Shown: piece after piece, positions 38,342-51,548 of the stretch
How positions within the stretch are numbered: the stretch's first letter is position 1
Layout of the letters: every line of letters begins with the position of its first letter
From: Salpingoeca rosetta
Taxonomy: Eukaryota > Protista > Choanoflagellata
Length of the DNA: 64,000 nt
NCBI GenBank assembly: GCA_033442325.1
Contig: JAWQFM010000006.1
Location: forward strand, 501,628 to 565,627
Reading direction: 5' to 3'
Program-made: the position numbers and the translations under genes
Notes under the pieces: model-generated
Seen by the model: only the letters and a program-made list of their open reading frames with translations
The model's database searches: none
Told to the model about the DNA's origin: nothing

Positions 38342-41044
38342 ATGGAAGAGCTTGGGTTGACGCAGTGGACGCTAATTGTGCAGCAGCTCTTCACAGTCCC
38401 GCGATATGCGGAGCCGCCCAAATCGCAGCCGAGCAATCGCCGGCGAGTAGTGGACAAGTACCTGCCGTACCACAAGCAGAACGCACTCGCACTCATCCGC
38501 CTCATGTGCACCTGCCACAAGATGTACCGCGAGCTTCCGTATGCGCTGCCCGTGTGGTGTTTGCAGGACGCCTTTGACGCGCCGGGCGTCGCGTGGATCA
38601 CCAACAAGAAGGTGCTCAAGGACTGGAAGGCGTGGTGCGAGGACCGCTTCATCGCCTACGCCCGGCTCGGCGTCTTGTGGCGCGCCAACTGCCACTACCT
38701 GCGCCTCAAGCAGCACACGCAAGCCTTCCACACCAAGTTTTCCCGCTACGCTCGCCTCTGCTTCAACCTCCACCAGGACATGATCACATGGGTGCGGGGT
38801 GTCGGCGCCGCTGGGGACGTTGCCGCCCACAACCCCCAAGCGCTGGACGCCGCGCGGTACCAGCCCGCGCGCCTAACCCCGGCAGTGGTGTATCTCATGC
38901 AGTTCCGCTACGCTTCCGAGGGCGACTGGGACTCCGTGCTGGAGCTCCTGCGCGAGCTTGGCAACCCGCGCCTCGAGCAGGCCCACATCCGCACCATCAT
39001 CCCGACCGACGTCATTGCCCTGAGCGGCGCATGCCACGTGTTCCTCACATCAGAGAAGCCCGTCGAGCAGGTCCAGCTGCGTGGCGTCGACCACTTCACG
39101 TGGACCATCCTCCACCGCCAGCCCAGCATCACGGGCTCCCTGGGCTCCGTCAAGTCTGTGACAATCCGAGAGCTCGAGCGGCGCATGGTTCCTCTTGAAA
39201 TCGGCGCCCTGGCCAACGTCCCCACCGTCAGCGTCAAGTGTGGCCAGCTGGAGGACTTTGCCCCGTTGCAAGCAGCCAAGGAGCTCTCGCTCGCCTGGAC
39301 ATGCCTCGTTCCCCTCACACAGTTTGCCAATGTCCAGCGACTCACGCTGAACCACGTTTCGGTGAGCATGTTGCACGCACGCGCTTTCACCTTCAACGGC
39401 ACCCATCTCGTCATGAAGCAGCTCCAGGGCTTCCATGGCCCAGTCAACCTCCCCCGCGCCAGCACCATTGTCATCGACGACTGCGACGCCCTCACACAGG
39501 TCGTCTGCAGCAGCAAGCGCATTCATCTGCTGCGTGTGTCGCAATGCCGCGAGCTGTCGACCCTGTCCCTCGTCGGCGTCGAACACGTCAGCGACGTTTG
39601 CATCACCGACTCTGCACTGAAGGACTTCACCTTCCTCGGTACCGCGCTCGGATCGCTCACGCTGCAACGCTGCCCCAGCCTCACGTCACTGCAGCTCCCG
39701 CGGCTGAAGTACATCAACAACATTGCCCTTGCGTTTTGCAACACTCTGCTCATGGCCGTCATCCGCGCCAGCACCGCCATGCAGACGCTGGCCGTGGGCG
39801 TGTGCAATGATCTTCGCGGTTTGCACATTGACGTACCCGGCGCCGACGCAATCTTGGTTGACGAGTGTATGGGTATTGAGCAGCTCTCGTTCCAGGGCAA
39901 AACGCTGAAGAAGCTGCGCGTGGACAGCAGCCCTGAACTCGTGGCGCTGCTGCTTGATGCCGTGCAGGACCTGCGGGAACTTGTACTGTGGGACTGCTCG
40001 GCGCTCACCAGCATCGCCTGCAGGAGCCCCAACATCACGAGCCTCAGCCTCGCCCGCTGCCCAGTGCTCGCATCCGTGTCCATGCCCATGTTCGAAGGGA
40101 ATGAGTGTGCCGATTTCACCGATTTGGATGCAGCCGCCAGGCTTGCGCAGAGCAAGCGCCGTTTCAAGAAACTCTTCATTATCGCATGCCCCATGTTGCC
40201 GCCACGCCTGCCTTTGTTTGAGAAGGCCGAGAACTTCGGCTCCAGCCTTCCACTGCCCGCACCCATGCTGAGGGAGCTGATCCAGCGGGTCACTCTTCTA
40301 AACCTGAACGCCGCGGCGAGCAAGCACATTGGCACCGTGTTGCACGACATCCCCGCGGGCGCAGACATTCAATTGTATGACGTGGACGCCAGCGACATTC
40401 GCGGCTTTTCTTTGCCTGCAAGCATCAAGTCCGTGGTGGTTCTCGTTTCCGACGAATTTGACGTCGCGCCGCTCAAGAACGTGGCCCAGGTGGTTGTGAA
40501 AGGGCAAACCAACGACGCTGCACTGGTTGGCCTGGACAACTTGAAGGCTGTAGGCACACTTCACATTTCAAAGTGCGCGCTCAAGCAAGGCGAACTTCAC
40601 AGCGCATGTGCGAAGCAATCCATCACCCTGGAAGACTGCACTGGTGCCGTCGTTGCTCGTGGTGCACAACAGGTGCTTATCCGGGGCCCTCGCATGCCAC
40701 GAACCTCGCTGGGCGACATTGCGGGCGATTTATCGCTGTGGACGGTATCCGGCCCGCTCAAGTTGGAATTCACCCGAAACGTTCGCAAGTGCTCCATTAC
40801 ATCCTGCACCCTTGAAGACTTCCACGCGCTTGCCGGCGTTCGAGTGCTGGAGTTGACGAAATGCACCTTTGACAGCGTGGGGACGCTGCCGTACTTCGAG
40901 TCGCTGTCCACCTCGCAGTGCGTGCGAAGCGACCAGACAGAGTGGAGCAACGTTGTTCTGCACCAGTTTCGCCCGCGTGATGCCCAGTCCAGGCTTGTCC
41001 CCGATGTCCACCTCCAGCACTTTGGCGGTGGCTTTCGATGGTAA
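38342..41044 (+). CDS. Intronless 900-aa leucine-rich repeat protein with a possible degenerate F-box-like N-terminus
   Basis: Single open ORF with coding-type codon bias and LxxLxLxxCxxLxxL repeats (LGSLTLQRCPSLTSL, LRELVLWDCSALTSI, ITSLSLARCPVLASV, LAGVRVLELTKCTF). Confidence 0.85.
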   Translation: MEELGLTQWTLIVQQLFTVPRYAEPPKSQPSNRRRVVDKYLPYHKQNALALIRLMCTCHKMYRELPYALPVWCLQDAFDAPGVAWITNKKVLKDWKAWCEDRFIAYARLGVLWRANCHYLRLKQHTQAFHTKFSRYARLCFNLHQDMITWVRGVGAAGDVAAHNPQALDAARYQPARLTPAVVYLMQFRYASEGDWDSVLELLRELGNPRLEQAHIRTIIPTDVIALSGACHVFLTSEKPVEQVQLRGVDHFTWTILHRQPSITGSLGSVKSVTIRELERRMVPLEIGALANVPTVSVKCGQLEDFAPLQAAKELSLAWTCLVPLTQFANVQRLTLNHVSVSMLHARAFTFNGTHLVMKQLQGFHGPVNLPRASTIVIDDCDALTQVVCSSKRIHLLRVSQCRELSTLSLVGVEHVSDVCITDSALKDFTFLGTALGSLTLQRCPSLTSLQLPRLKYINNIALAFCNTLLMAVIRASTAMQTLAVGVCNDLRGLHIDVPGADAILVDECMGIEQLSFQGKTLKKLRVDSSPELVALLLDAVQDLRELVLWDCSALTSIACRSPNITSLSLARCPVLASVSMPMFEGNECADFTDLDAAARLAQSKRRFKKLFIIACPMLPPRLPLFEKAENFGSSLPLPAPMLRELIQRVTLLNLNAAASKHIGTVLHDIPAGADIQLYDVDASDIRGFSLPASIKSVVVLVSDEFDVAPLKNVAQVVVKGQTNDAALVGLDNLKAVGTLHISKCALKQGELHSACAKQSITLEDCTGAVVARGAQQVLIRGPRMPRTSLGDIAGDLSLWTVSGPLKLEFTRNVRKCSITSCTLEDFHALAGVRVLELTKCTFDSVGTLPYFESLSTSQCVRSDQTEWSNVVLHQFRPRDAQSRLVPDVHLQHFGGGFRW

Positions 41045-41155
41045 CACTGTGCGGTTGAGTGTGTGTGTGTGTGTGTGATTGTGAGCGAGGCAAGTAAGTG
41101 ACTGCGTCAGAGAGTTTGTGTGTGTGTGTGTGTGAGTTTGTGTGTGTGTGTGTGT

Positions 41156-41198
<43 letters not shown>

Positions 41199-41410
41199 GT
41201 ACGTAGTTTTAAACCACCTTATTTTCGAGGCATAACGTGGGGTTATCCATAAACCGGTGCGCACCAGTATTGGTGGGCATGGTCGCTAACCATTGCATAC
41301 ATATCACGGCAAACGCACTTCCCGGTAGGAACCTCGCTCCCGGGCACAACCGGGCTATCAGATGGCATGTTGACAATAGCGTCGCCCTAAAGTGTGTGGG
41401 GGTTTGTAAG

Positions 41411-41473
<63 letters not shown>

Positions 41474-42060
41474 TGTCAATCGATATGTGTGAAAAGGCTC
41501 TTGTGGTTCTTTGCTGCCTGTGTATGCGATCCGACGTAGTGCATGGTCGATTGCACCCGTTAGTATCTTTACGTGTCAGTTCTCATCTTGAATAAGTGCG
41601 CATCTTTTGCGTGTCTTAATGGAACCTAACAGCAAGAATGCTTCCGCGAGTCGTGCGTTGCGTCCTAGTAGTGGGTTGTCATCTTCCACGTGCTTCCCCC
41701 GTTCGTTTGTTTGTTGATTGTGTCGCTGCTGTTGCATTGAAGGTGCATTTGATGTTTTACACTTTATGTATTTCCATTCGTCAACGCAACAGCAGACTAC
41801 AACAGAAGCGCAATCAATCCGACTACAATGGAGCAACCGGTGAAGCATGCATGGGAGATGCACACAGCAAAGAAGCAGGAGTAAAGACGCAAGCAAGCCG
41901 ATTGTGAACGACAGTACGCAAAAGGAGCTACACATGTGGGTGGTTACGGTGGTTACAGGTGGTGTATGGATTGGCATGAGTCGTAACTATCGATGCCGGA
42001 AAGGAAGGAAGGAAGGAAGGAAGGAAGGAACACAAACAGCCATGCTGGGTACGTTTCGTT

Positions 42061-42521
42061 TTATGCATAGCACCATGATCCACGTGAGTTTCGTCGCAGG
42101 ACGCGCTTGTCTGGGTTGCGCCGTTTGATGGCCTCTACTTCACGATCGGTTACGTTCTCATCTTCAACAGTGATGAGTTCGTTGGTGAATTGAACGGCAT
42201 GTACGGCGGCCCGAAACGCACCCAGGCTCTTCTGTGTGTGCGTGTGTGTGCGTGCGTGTGTGCGTGCGTGTGCGTGCGTGTGTGAGCGTGTGTGCGCGTG
42301 TGTGCATGTGCGTGTGTTTGTGTGCGTGTGCGTGTGTGAGCGCGTGTGCGTGTGAGCGCGTGTGCGTGTGCGCGCGTACTGTGAGCTGTAGTTGTCGATT
42401 GAACAAGCTCTACACAGCAAACAGCACAGCACTGGCATGGCGTTTTTCCTGCACAGAGAGACGAACAACATCTGCAGCACACACACACACAGACAGACAC
42501 ACACACACACACAGACAGACA

Positions 42522-42556
<35 letters not shown>

Positions 42557-42780
42557 CATCACGACTCGGCACGTACCGGGGAGGCTGGGCTGGCAGGGGG
42601 TTCATCAGATACATCGTGTGCAATGGTTGAAGTGCGGGAGGACCGGCGGCGGAACTGATGCAAAAACACAGGCAGTTGCGAATGGAGGCAACGTGTGAGG
42701 TCCGCTGAAGCTCAAATGCAACCACAGGCGAGTTGTTCACACCATTGCCGAAAACGCACACGCACAGCATACACACACAG

Positions 42781-42831
<51 letters not shown>

Positions 42832-43725
42832 CAGCGAGCGTCAATATACCAAAGACGGGAGGCGGCGCTTGCGTGGGGAAGTGGTCTGTGCGACGTCTTG
42901 CTTCGGTGGGGTGGAGGGCAAGCTGCGACGACGCTGTGACGATGCAGAGCCAGGCGATGGAGTGTCGTTCATGCTGCCATCATGGTTGACTGCTGTGGCG
43001 GTGTCACTTTCAGCACTGCTGTGCTTGGTTTCGTGGGCTTCCTCTTCTACAATCGGTGGCATGGAGGCACATGCAGCAGTGGCGGCCGCATCAATGGGCG
43101 TGTCTGAGTTGGACTCATGTTCCGGCTGCTGCATGTCACCTTGGTGCTCTGCATTCGTTTCTTCTCGCTGTAGGTCGTCATCATCGCCACGATCCTTCTC
43201 CTCGGCCACTGCATCGTTGCTTGATCCTTGTTCTGACACTTGCTGTGCCGGTGGTTCAGTTGTAGATGCGTTGGGTTCTGCAATTGGACCCTGTTCCTCT
43301 TCCCCTCTTTCTTCTTCCACCTCTTCTTCTTCCACCTCCTCCTCATCTCCACTGGCTGCGGCCTTTTCTTCCTCTTTCTCACGATCAGCACCCTCACCAT
43401 CATCATCACCCTCACCATCATCATCATCACCACCACCGTCATCAACATTTTCATTTTGGTTCTCTTCGTTGTATCCCCTCACCTCGACTCCTTCTTGCCC
43501 TTCATCATCCCGCGCTGACGTGGCGCTCGCGCTTGCCACGCCGGTATCACCATCACCAGGCGTCGTGCCCTCTTCCGCTTCATCCTTCTCGGCTGCATCG
43601 TGTTCTCCTCCTTCTTCTCCTTCGTCATCAACCCCATCGCTTTCTCCGCCTTGTTTGACGTCTGGCACAGCATCAGCGGCGTCAGCATCGTCGTTCTCAC
43701 CATCCGCGGCGGTGGGGTTGTCGTT

Positions 43726-43763
<38 letters not shown>

Positions 43764-46700
43764 TGGCTTGGCCTTGCTGGTCTGTCGCGCCATCACCGTC
43801 TGTCACTTCTTCGTCGCCTGTCGTGTCGTCGAGTCTCTCGCCATCAGCAGCGGAGCCACGGTCCTCGGGCGGTGCGGCGTTAGTTGTCGCCTCCTCATCT
43901 TCCTCACTCGCCGCTTCTGCATCATCATCGCCGTTCTCCTCACTCGCGTGTTGCTCTTGCTCATGCACGGGTGCCTCATCACCTTCGTCACCTGCTTCCT
44001 TGCTGTCAGGGTCAGCCGCATCAGCATCAACACCATCACCGTCCTTGTTAACCCCAGCAGCGTCGTCGTCATCTTCTTGGCTGCCCCCCTCCTCTTGAGC
44101 ATCATGTGGGCTGTCGTTATCGCCACTTGGCTCAGCACTCCGGCCCTTGTCTGTGTCACCTTCCTCCTCCACCTCCTCCATGTGATCACGCCCCCCTGCT
44201 TGCTCTTCTTTACCCTGCACATATGGTCCTTCTGTGGCTTCTTGTTCTTGTTCTTGTTCTTCTTGTTCTTGTTCCTCAACCGTCTCCTCTCCAACCGCTG
44301 CTGCTGCTGCTGTTGCTTTGCCATCACGCGGTGCCTCTTCCTCGCCCGCCATCGTTTCCGCTTCCTCGGCGTCATGTGCTGATGACTCAAGGTCACCGTC
44401 GCCGCATTCACGGTCACCAGTTGTTGCTGCCTCTGTTTCAGCCCCGTGGTCCCTGTCCACGGCATCTTGTGCAGACAATTTCTCATCCTCCGTTCCTTCC
44501 TGTTCACACTCTTGGTCTTGCTTCGCCTGCTGCTCATTTTGCGTCTCTGTAATCTGGTTCTCGGGGGATTCCCCTCTTTGTTGCTGTTGTTGTTGCTGTT
44601 GCTGTGTCGTCGAGTCTTCAGGGGCGCTGACAGGGGACGGCTGCACGTCCTGCTGCTCCCCCACGTCTTCCTTCGCACCGTCAACTGCTGGCTTTTGCTT
44701 CTCGCCTTCCAGCGGCTGCGGTGCCCCCTCCACCGCAGACTGAGCATCATCTTGCGGCTTCTCAGCATCTGTCACTGCTTCCGCCTTCTCCTCGGTTCGG
44801 TCGTTGCCTTGTTCCTCGTTGCTTGCATCACCTGCGCCATCACCATTGTTCTTCTGCTGCTCCTTCCCTTGCTCCGCAGCCTGCGCTTGGTCATCGTCAA
44901 CAGGTGCAGTTGAGTCCTCTGCAGTCAAAGCACCGCCATCCCCTGTGCTGTCAACAACACTGCCGTCATCCGCAGTCTTCGCTTCTTCCTCGCTACCCGA
45001 CGCAACCTCATGCTCCACTTCAGCATGTCGTCTTCCTTCTTCTTGCTGCTGGTCAGGATCAGTTGGCTTTGTACCATTCTCATCCTCCTTGTCCGCGATG
45101 GCCGATGCCGGCGTTTCCTCGTGTTGCTCTGCTTGCTGCCCGCCGCCGTCGTTGGCACTCACTTCCTTCGCTGGAGCCTCGTCCGCGTCCTCTGCGACCT
45201 GTGGGTCCGCGTGGCCTTCATCCCTCATCTCTTGCTCACGCTCCTCCTGCGCCGCTGGAACCGGCGCTTCTTGGTCCTTGGTGTCGACCTCCCCTTCTTG
45301 ACTCGGAGGCACACCATCACCTTCCCCTTGCTGGCCATCTTCGGCACGCTGTTCCTGCTCTTCCTCTTCCTCTTCCTCTTGCACCTGCGCTTCTTCTTGC
45401 TCTTGCTCTTGCTCTTGGTCCTTCGGCTGATGGTCGTGTCCAGCAGCACCAGCCTCTCCTTGCACGTCATCATCGCCGGTAACAGCAGCAGCAGCAGCAG
45501 CAGTAGCAGTAGCAGACGCATCTTCAGCACCACCATCGCCAGCCTCAGCGTCCTCATCAGCAGCCTGTGGGCTCAGCACCTCCGCTGTTGCGCCACGAAC
45601 CACCACGCTTGATGCAACAGCAGTCACAGCCGCTTGCTGCTCGGCTGTCAGCCCGTGCAGGCACACAATGATGCTGCCTGGGCGAAGTGTGATTGCATCA
45701 CGCGGCACCGCACTCGTGTCAATGCCCTTGTCCTCCAGTGCCGTCAACACGTCGCTGATAAACGCGTCCCGCCCTTCCTCGCTCTCCACAGAAGCAAAGT
45801 CGAGGTCAAACCGCAGCTCAAGGGAGGGGGAGGCCGCGGATGCCGACGCTGTGCGTGATGGCGATGTGTCTGGATGAGGTGGAGCCGCGCTCGTGGTGGC
45901 CTCGTTCTCACGCTCGTCAGGGAGGCAAGGCTCGTCGTCGTGAGCGTCGCCACCGTCGCCCTGGTCGTCATCGTTGTCATCGGCGGGTGACTCATCGTCA
46001 GCAGCGCCACGCGTCTCCGCAACATCATCAGCATCGCAGGGCATGGCTGCATCGCCAGCTGTCGCGGCTTCGGCAGTCTGGTCGTCACTTGTGACTTCGC
46101 CACCACCGCCACTCGTCTCGCTGGCTGCTGGCGCTGGGGACGATGCTGGTCGGCTGTCTGTCTGTTGCAGGGTGACCTGATCAGCAGTGACGCTGATGCC
46201 ATGCTTGGCCAACTCGGCCACCACTTCTTCCTTCAGTGCGGACTTGGCAGCCTGTCGGGGACCATCGTCGTCACTGTCGTCCGCACCCTTGCCGCGATCA
46301 TCTGGGAGATCAAGTGCAAACTTGAGCTGAAGCGGAGCAGCAGCAGCGGCAGGAGACGACGCTGGCTCTGTGCTCGTCGCTTTCATGTCGTCTTCGTTGT
46401 GACCGTTACCACTGCTGGGCGAAGCGCTCTCGAGCGCGACTGCTTCGGCACCATCCTCAGCCACACCGTGCGCACCATCATCATCACGGGCACTGTCACC
46501 CTTGCCGATCGCTTGTGTTGGGGCAGCGTTCTTGAGCACCTGCGCTGGGTCGTCTTCTTCAGCGAGCGACCGAAGGGCAGCGACAACACGCGGCGTGCGC
46601 TCGCCAACAACACCAAGCTCAATCTTGACTTGCTGCACATACTCTCCGTCGTCGTCAGCTTGGCATGCAGACAGCACTGTTGCCACCGTCTCCTGGCGCT

Positions 46701-48701
46701 CAAGTCCAAGCACAGACGCAAGGGCTGCGTTGAGGGTGGTGCTGTCAAACGCATCGTCAGCGTCTGCCATGTAGAGCTGCAGCTGCGCTTGAATCGTGTG
46801 CAATGATGGCGGCGGCGGCGGCGTTGTCGGTGGGGCCGCGCTCTCCTGCTGCTGTTGCTGCTGCTGTTGCTGCTGCTGTTGCTCAGGTGTGTCATCGTGC
46901 ACGGCATCCTCGGCTGAGGCCGTCTCCACTTCTTGCTTTGGCACGCCAGTTGCTTTGATGCTGCCGCTTTCGTTGTTGGTGTTGTCGTCGCCATCACACA
47001 GTCGTTCTGGTAGTTGCTCACCCTGCTGTCCTTCATCAGCAGTTTCAGCAACAGCGTGTGCCTCTGTGTCGCCCTTCTCCGGTGAAGACGACGACGACTG
47101 CACCTCAGCCCCATCTGCATTGGCGTTGTGGGTGTACTCCTCAACAACAGCTGGGGCAGGTGGTGTTGCAGGTTTGTCTTCTTGCTGCTCATCAACCGCA
47201 TCACCAGTGGCAGCGTCAGCAGCGGTGTCGTCGGCGTTCTCGTCGTTATCGTCCGTGGATGCAGTGGCAAGGGCCTCCTCCTGCCCCTCTTCCTCTTCGA
47301 CAACGGGTGGGACAGGGCTTCCATCTTCAGCGGTGTCCTCGTCGTGAGCGCTGGCCAGCTCTTCAGGCACAACACCACCATCGTCGTCGTTGTCGTCACT
47401 GTTGTTGTCGATCGCTGTATTTGTTGTGGCAGCTGCATCACGGTCTTCGTTCACATCCTCTTCCTCCACTTCCTCCGCAGTGGTTGGTGATGGCGAGTGG
47501 ACATCTACATTCTCATCAACGTCAGCCACAACGTCATCAGCACCTGTGTCATTGGCGTCACTGCTGGTGTTGATCTCTTCTGACTTGCTTCGCGACTGCG
47601 TGCCTTGTTCATCATCATCGCCATCAACCATGGCTGGTTCGGCTTGTGCATCGTCGGCAGTAGCGAAATCCTCGTCGGTGGCTGCGGCCGCACGCTCGCT
47701 GCTGGCGCTACCCACACGAAACCTCGTGACGCTTCGACGCGATGTCGGACGGGAGGTGGACGGCGGCTCCGGTGTTTTTGCGGACAGCGGTGGAGATGGA
47801 CCACGGGCTGCATCTTCCTTTCGAACGTCTTCTTCCACCTTCTCCTCCACATCATCATCATCATCATCACCCTTTTCCTCACCACCATCAGCACCCTCAG
47901 AACCACTCTGCTTCTCCTCTTTCCTCCCGTTCCCGTCTTGCTGCTGCTTGGCGAGGGCGTCACGTGCCTCCATCGCCTGCAGTTCGGCCATCATCACAGC
48001 CCGTCGCTGCTCTTCTTCCTCGCGCGCCACTCGCCGCTTCTCTGCAGCGCGCTCCGCCTCAAGCTGCCGTTGCTGTAGTACGGTGGGGGTGGGTGGTGGT
48101 GGGTTGGGGGGTAGGGGGTAGCGAGGGAGAATTGCAGGATGAGAGGGAAACAAGACGACCAATAGCATCAGACAAAGTAGTTTGACTAACATCATCAGCA
48201 ACGTCACCTGACACAACACAAACACACACACACATATATGTGTATAAATACAGCACATCAGTACGCACGCGTTCCAGGGCTCCCTTCCGCGTGCGGTCCT
48301 CCTCTTCCTTTGCAGCCGCCTCCTTCCTTCGCTGCTCCTCCGCCCGCTGCTTGCGTCGCTCGGCCGCCTGACGTGCAAGGGCGTTGCGTTTCTCGCGCTC
48401 AATTCGCTGCCGCTCCTCCTCTTCCTCCTGTGCTCGTCGCTGCCACGCGAAAATGGTGGACAAGGGACGTGGCGTGTGCGTGTGTGTGCGTGTGTGCGTT
48501 ATGTGTGTGTGCGTGTGTGCGTTGTGTGTGTTGTTGTTGTTGTTGTTGTTGTGTGTGTGTGTGCGTGTGTGCGTGTGTGCGAAGATGTGGAAGCGAGTCC
48601 ATCAGGGCATGTAGAGGCATGACAAGCACGCTGGTGTGGGAAGCACATGGAGCTTCTGCCAAGACCAAGACGCGTCAAACTGACCAACACCCCGCCTTCC
48701 T

Positions 48702-48757
<56 letters not shown>

Positions 48758-49304
48758 CAAGCGAAGTGGCAATCCAAGCCATTACCTTTTCCTCCAGCTT
48801 GCGCTGGGCCTCGCGTCTGCGTTGCTCCTCTTCCACCTTGCGCTTGGCTTCAAGCTCCGCCTGCCGTTTGCGCTGCTGTTCGCGGGCTTGTCGCTTCCTC
48901 TCCTCCTCCCTCGCCTTCTCCTCCGCCACGCGCTGTTCGTGCTCTTCCCTCCACGCCGTCCGTCGCATCGCCATCATGCGTTGGTGGATCATCGCAGCCT
49001 CCGCCTCCCACGCTGCCCGCCGCGCACCGCCGCCATCCCCACTGCCGCTCTGCGTGCGCCCACGCCCACCACCACGACCGCGTGTGCGTGTGCGTGTGCG
49101 TGTGGGCCCGTCTGCGCTGTCGAGAGAGGTTGAGAGCGGGTTGCTGCCGACGTCGCGTTCGGAGAAGCGACGAAGCTGCCGCCGCAGCAGGACCTCTCGT
49201 TTCGCCAGGGCCTGCTCAACTTGCTGCTGCCAGCGGTGCCCACGGCGACAGGCAAGAGAACGCGTGGAGGTGGGGTAGGAAGAGAGGGCGACGTGAATGT
49301 GTAC

Positions 49305-49342
<38 letters not shown>

Positions 49343-51504
49343 ATGAGCGAGGGGCGTGGGTAACAAATGAGCCATGTACGTGTGCTCGCGTGCAAGCGTT
49401 AAATGTGTGCGTGTTGCATCGACAAGGGTGTGTGTGTGTATGTGCATGAAACAACAGCAGTCATGAAACGTCATGCCTACTTCTCATGCCTACTTCTCAC
49501 CTGGTCACGATGGTCGGCCTCAAGCTCCTGTTGCCGCGTGCGTGCAAGTAACCGTTGCTGGCGGCGCGACTGAATGGCCTCAGAGCGCTTCCCCTGTTAC
49601 GCACGCGGTCGTGGTGGTGGCGGCGTGGTGCAGCATTTCGTAAGGGCAGTGGTGGTAGTGGTGGTAGTGGTGGCAGCGATGAGTGTTGAGCGCTGACCAC
49701 TGGTGGTGCAGGGGCTGATGCTCGCACACGTGTTCGGCTCAAGACATGCTTGCGCACCTCTTGTCTGCGCTGTTTTGCTTCGTCGCGTTCACGTTGGCGC
49801 TCCGTGGACCAGGAGACGATATGGGGCAGCTTTGGCGCCTGGCGGTGATGCACGGAGAGACGCAGAGCAAAGCACAGGTAGACATGGGCAGCGCAAGAGA
49901 AGCGAGAGAGCAAAGGGTTAATGAATGTCTGCAGTGTGGGTTAAATGAATGCCAGCAGCTTACAACACACGTACACATGCATGCAGTCAGTGGTGTATGA
50001 ATGACCTGCTCTGAGTTGAGCGTGGCGGCCTTGAGGCGCTCCAGTCGGCGTTTTTTCTTCTCCTCAATGCGTTTCTCGGCCTCGTGCTGGTGCCCAACCA
50101 GCCGGTACGCCTACCGTAATATGCGGTGTGCGTGCGTGCGTGCGTGGGCGTGTGCGTGTGCGTGTGTGTGTGTGTGCGCGCGCGTGTGTGTGCGTGTGTG
50201 TGCGTGTGTGCGTGTGTGTGCGTATGTGTGTGTGCGGCGATGGAGGGGGAAACAGGATAGAAGAATGTCGTGGGGAGATGGCGCGGTGTGCGTGAATGGG
50301 AGAGCGCATGTGAGAAGAAATGAATTCGAGTGTTGGTTAGCTGCTGGATACTGCACAATGAATCATGTGCGATGTGCGTGCGCGACCCCGTGCCAAGTCA
50401 CGGTTGTGTCGGAGTCGACGAGCACGTGAAAAGCTGTCGAACCTTTGCACTCTGGCGCAGATCCTGCACAGTGCCCATGACGAGGCCATCTGAGGAGAGG
50501 AGGCCTTGCTCTACCAGGTGGGCACGTGCACCAGGGTTCTCCAGGTAATACCGCCGCACATGTCGATCATGCAGGCTGCATCGTGGGCAGGCAGGTGGGG
50601 TGAAGGAATGATTGAGAGCGGGAGTGAGTGAGTGTGCGTGCGAGTGCATGTGTGTGTGTGCGCGTGTGAATGAGTGTGTGTGTGTGTGTTGTGCAGCTGG
50701 GTGACAAATTATATCAAGTGTGTTTGCGCAGCTGAAGGCTGGCATCGACACGAGGGCATGTGATGCACCCATCTGCTGCAAGCGTATCACGCTGCATGTA
50801 CCTGCTGTATGTTGGGCCGTGGTCCATGACGATGGTGCCAGGCTGGCGTACGACTGATGTGACGCGTCCCTTGGTTGCCAACACCTGCTCGCGGAAATAG
50901 CAGTGGCAATGAGTTGTAGACGAGGCATGGCTTTCGCATGGCATGTGTGACAGCAGCAGAACCAGAAACAGACAAAAAAAAGGGGGGGGGGCTGACAGAT
51001 ACAAGGCGTTGGATGGCGCTTGAGCTCACTTCTTTGCTGAGGTGTGGTCGGTGCAGTACACGCTCAGGCATGTCCTGGCGCCTTGTTCCCCTGCACATGA
51101 TGCGCGAAACCACAAATCATTACATGGGTGGTGAGTACATGAGAGAGGGTGGGGAATGAGCAGGTGGTGAATGAGAGCAGCTACAAACGGTCCTGTTGAC
51201 TCTTGCTACTGGCGTTTGAGGACTGCCTTAACAAACGCACATGCACGAGGCAACCACTTACAACGTGGCCGTGCAGTACGTTGGAAACGTGATGTTGGAG
51301 TCGCTGCATCAAGAATGAATGCGCACAAAAAGCATACTGCGTGAGCGCAGTTCATTGATGTGACCATTGTAGGTACATAAAACGGCAGTGACACTTGATG
51401 CAAATGCACAGCACATGCACAACCAAGCATACAAGTACATTATAACCAAACACACAAACACAGACACACACACACACAGACACACACACACACACAAACA
51501 CACA

Positions 51505-51548
<44 letters not shown>

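Noticed and set aside
42695-44913. Ser-rich + strand ORFs (467 aa and others)
   Set aside because: Antisense shadows of the Asp/Glu-rich exon on the minus strand.
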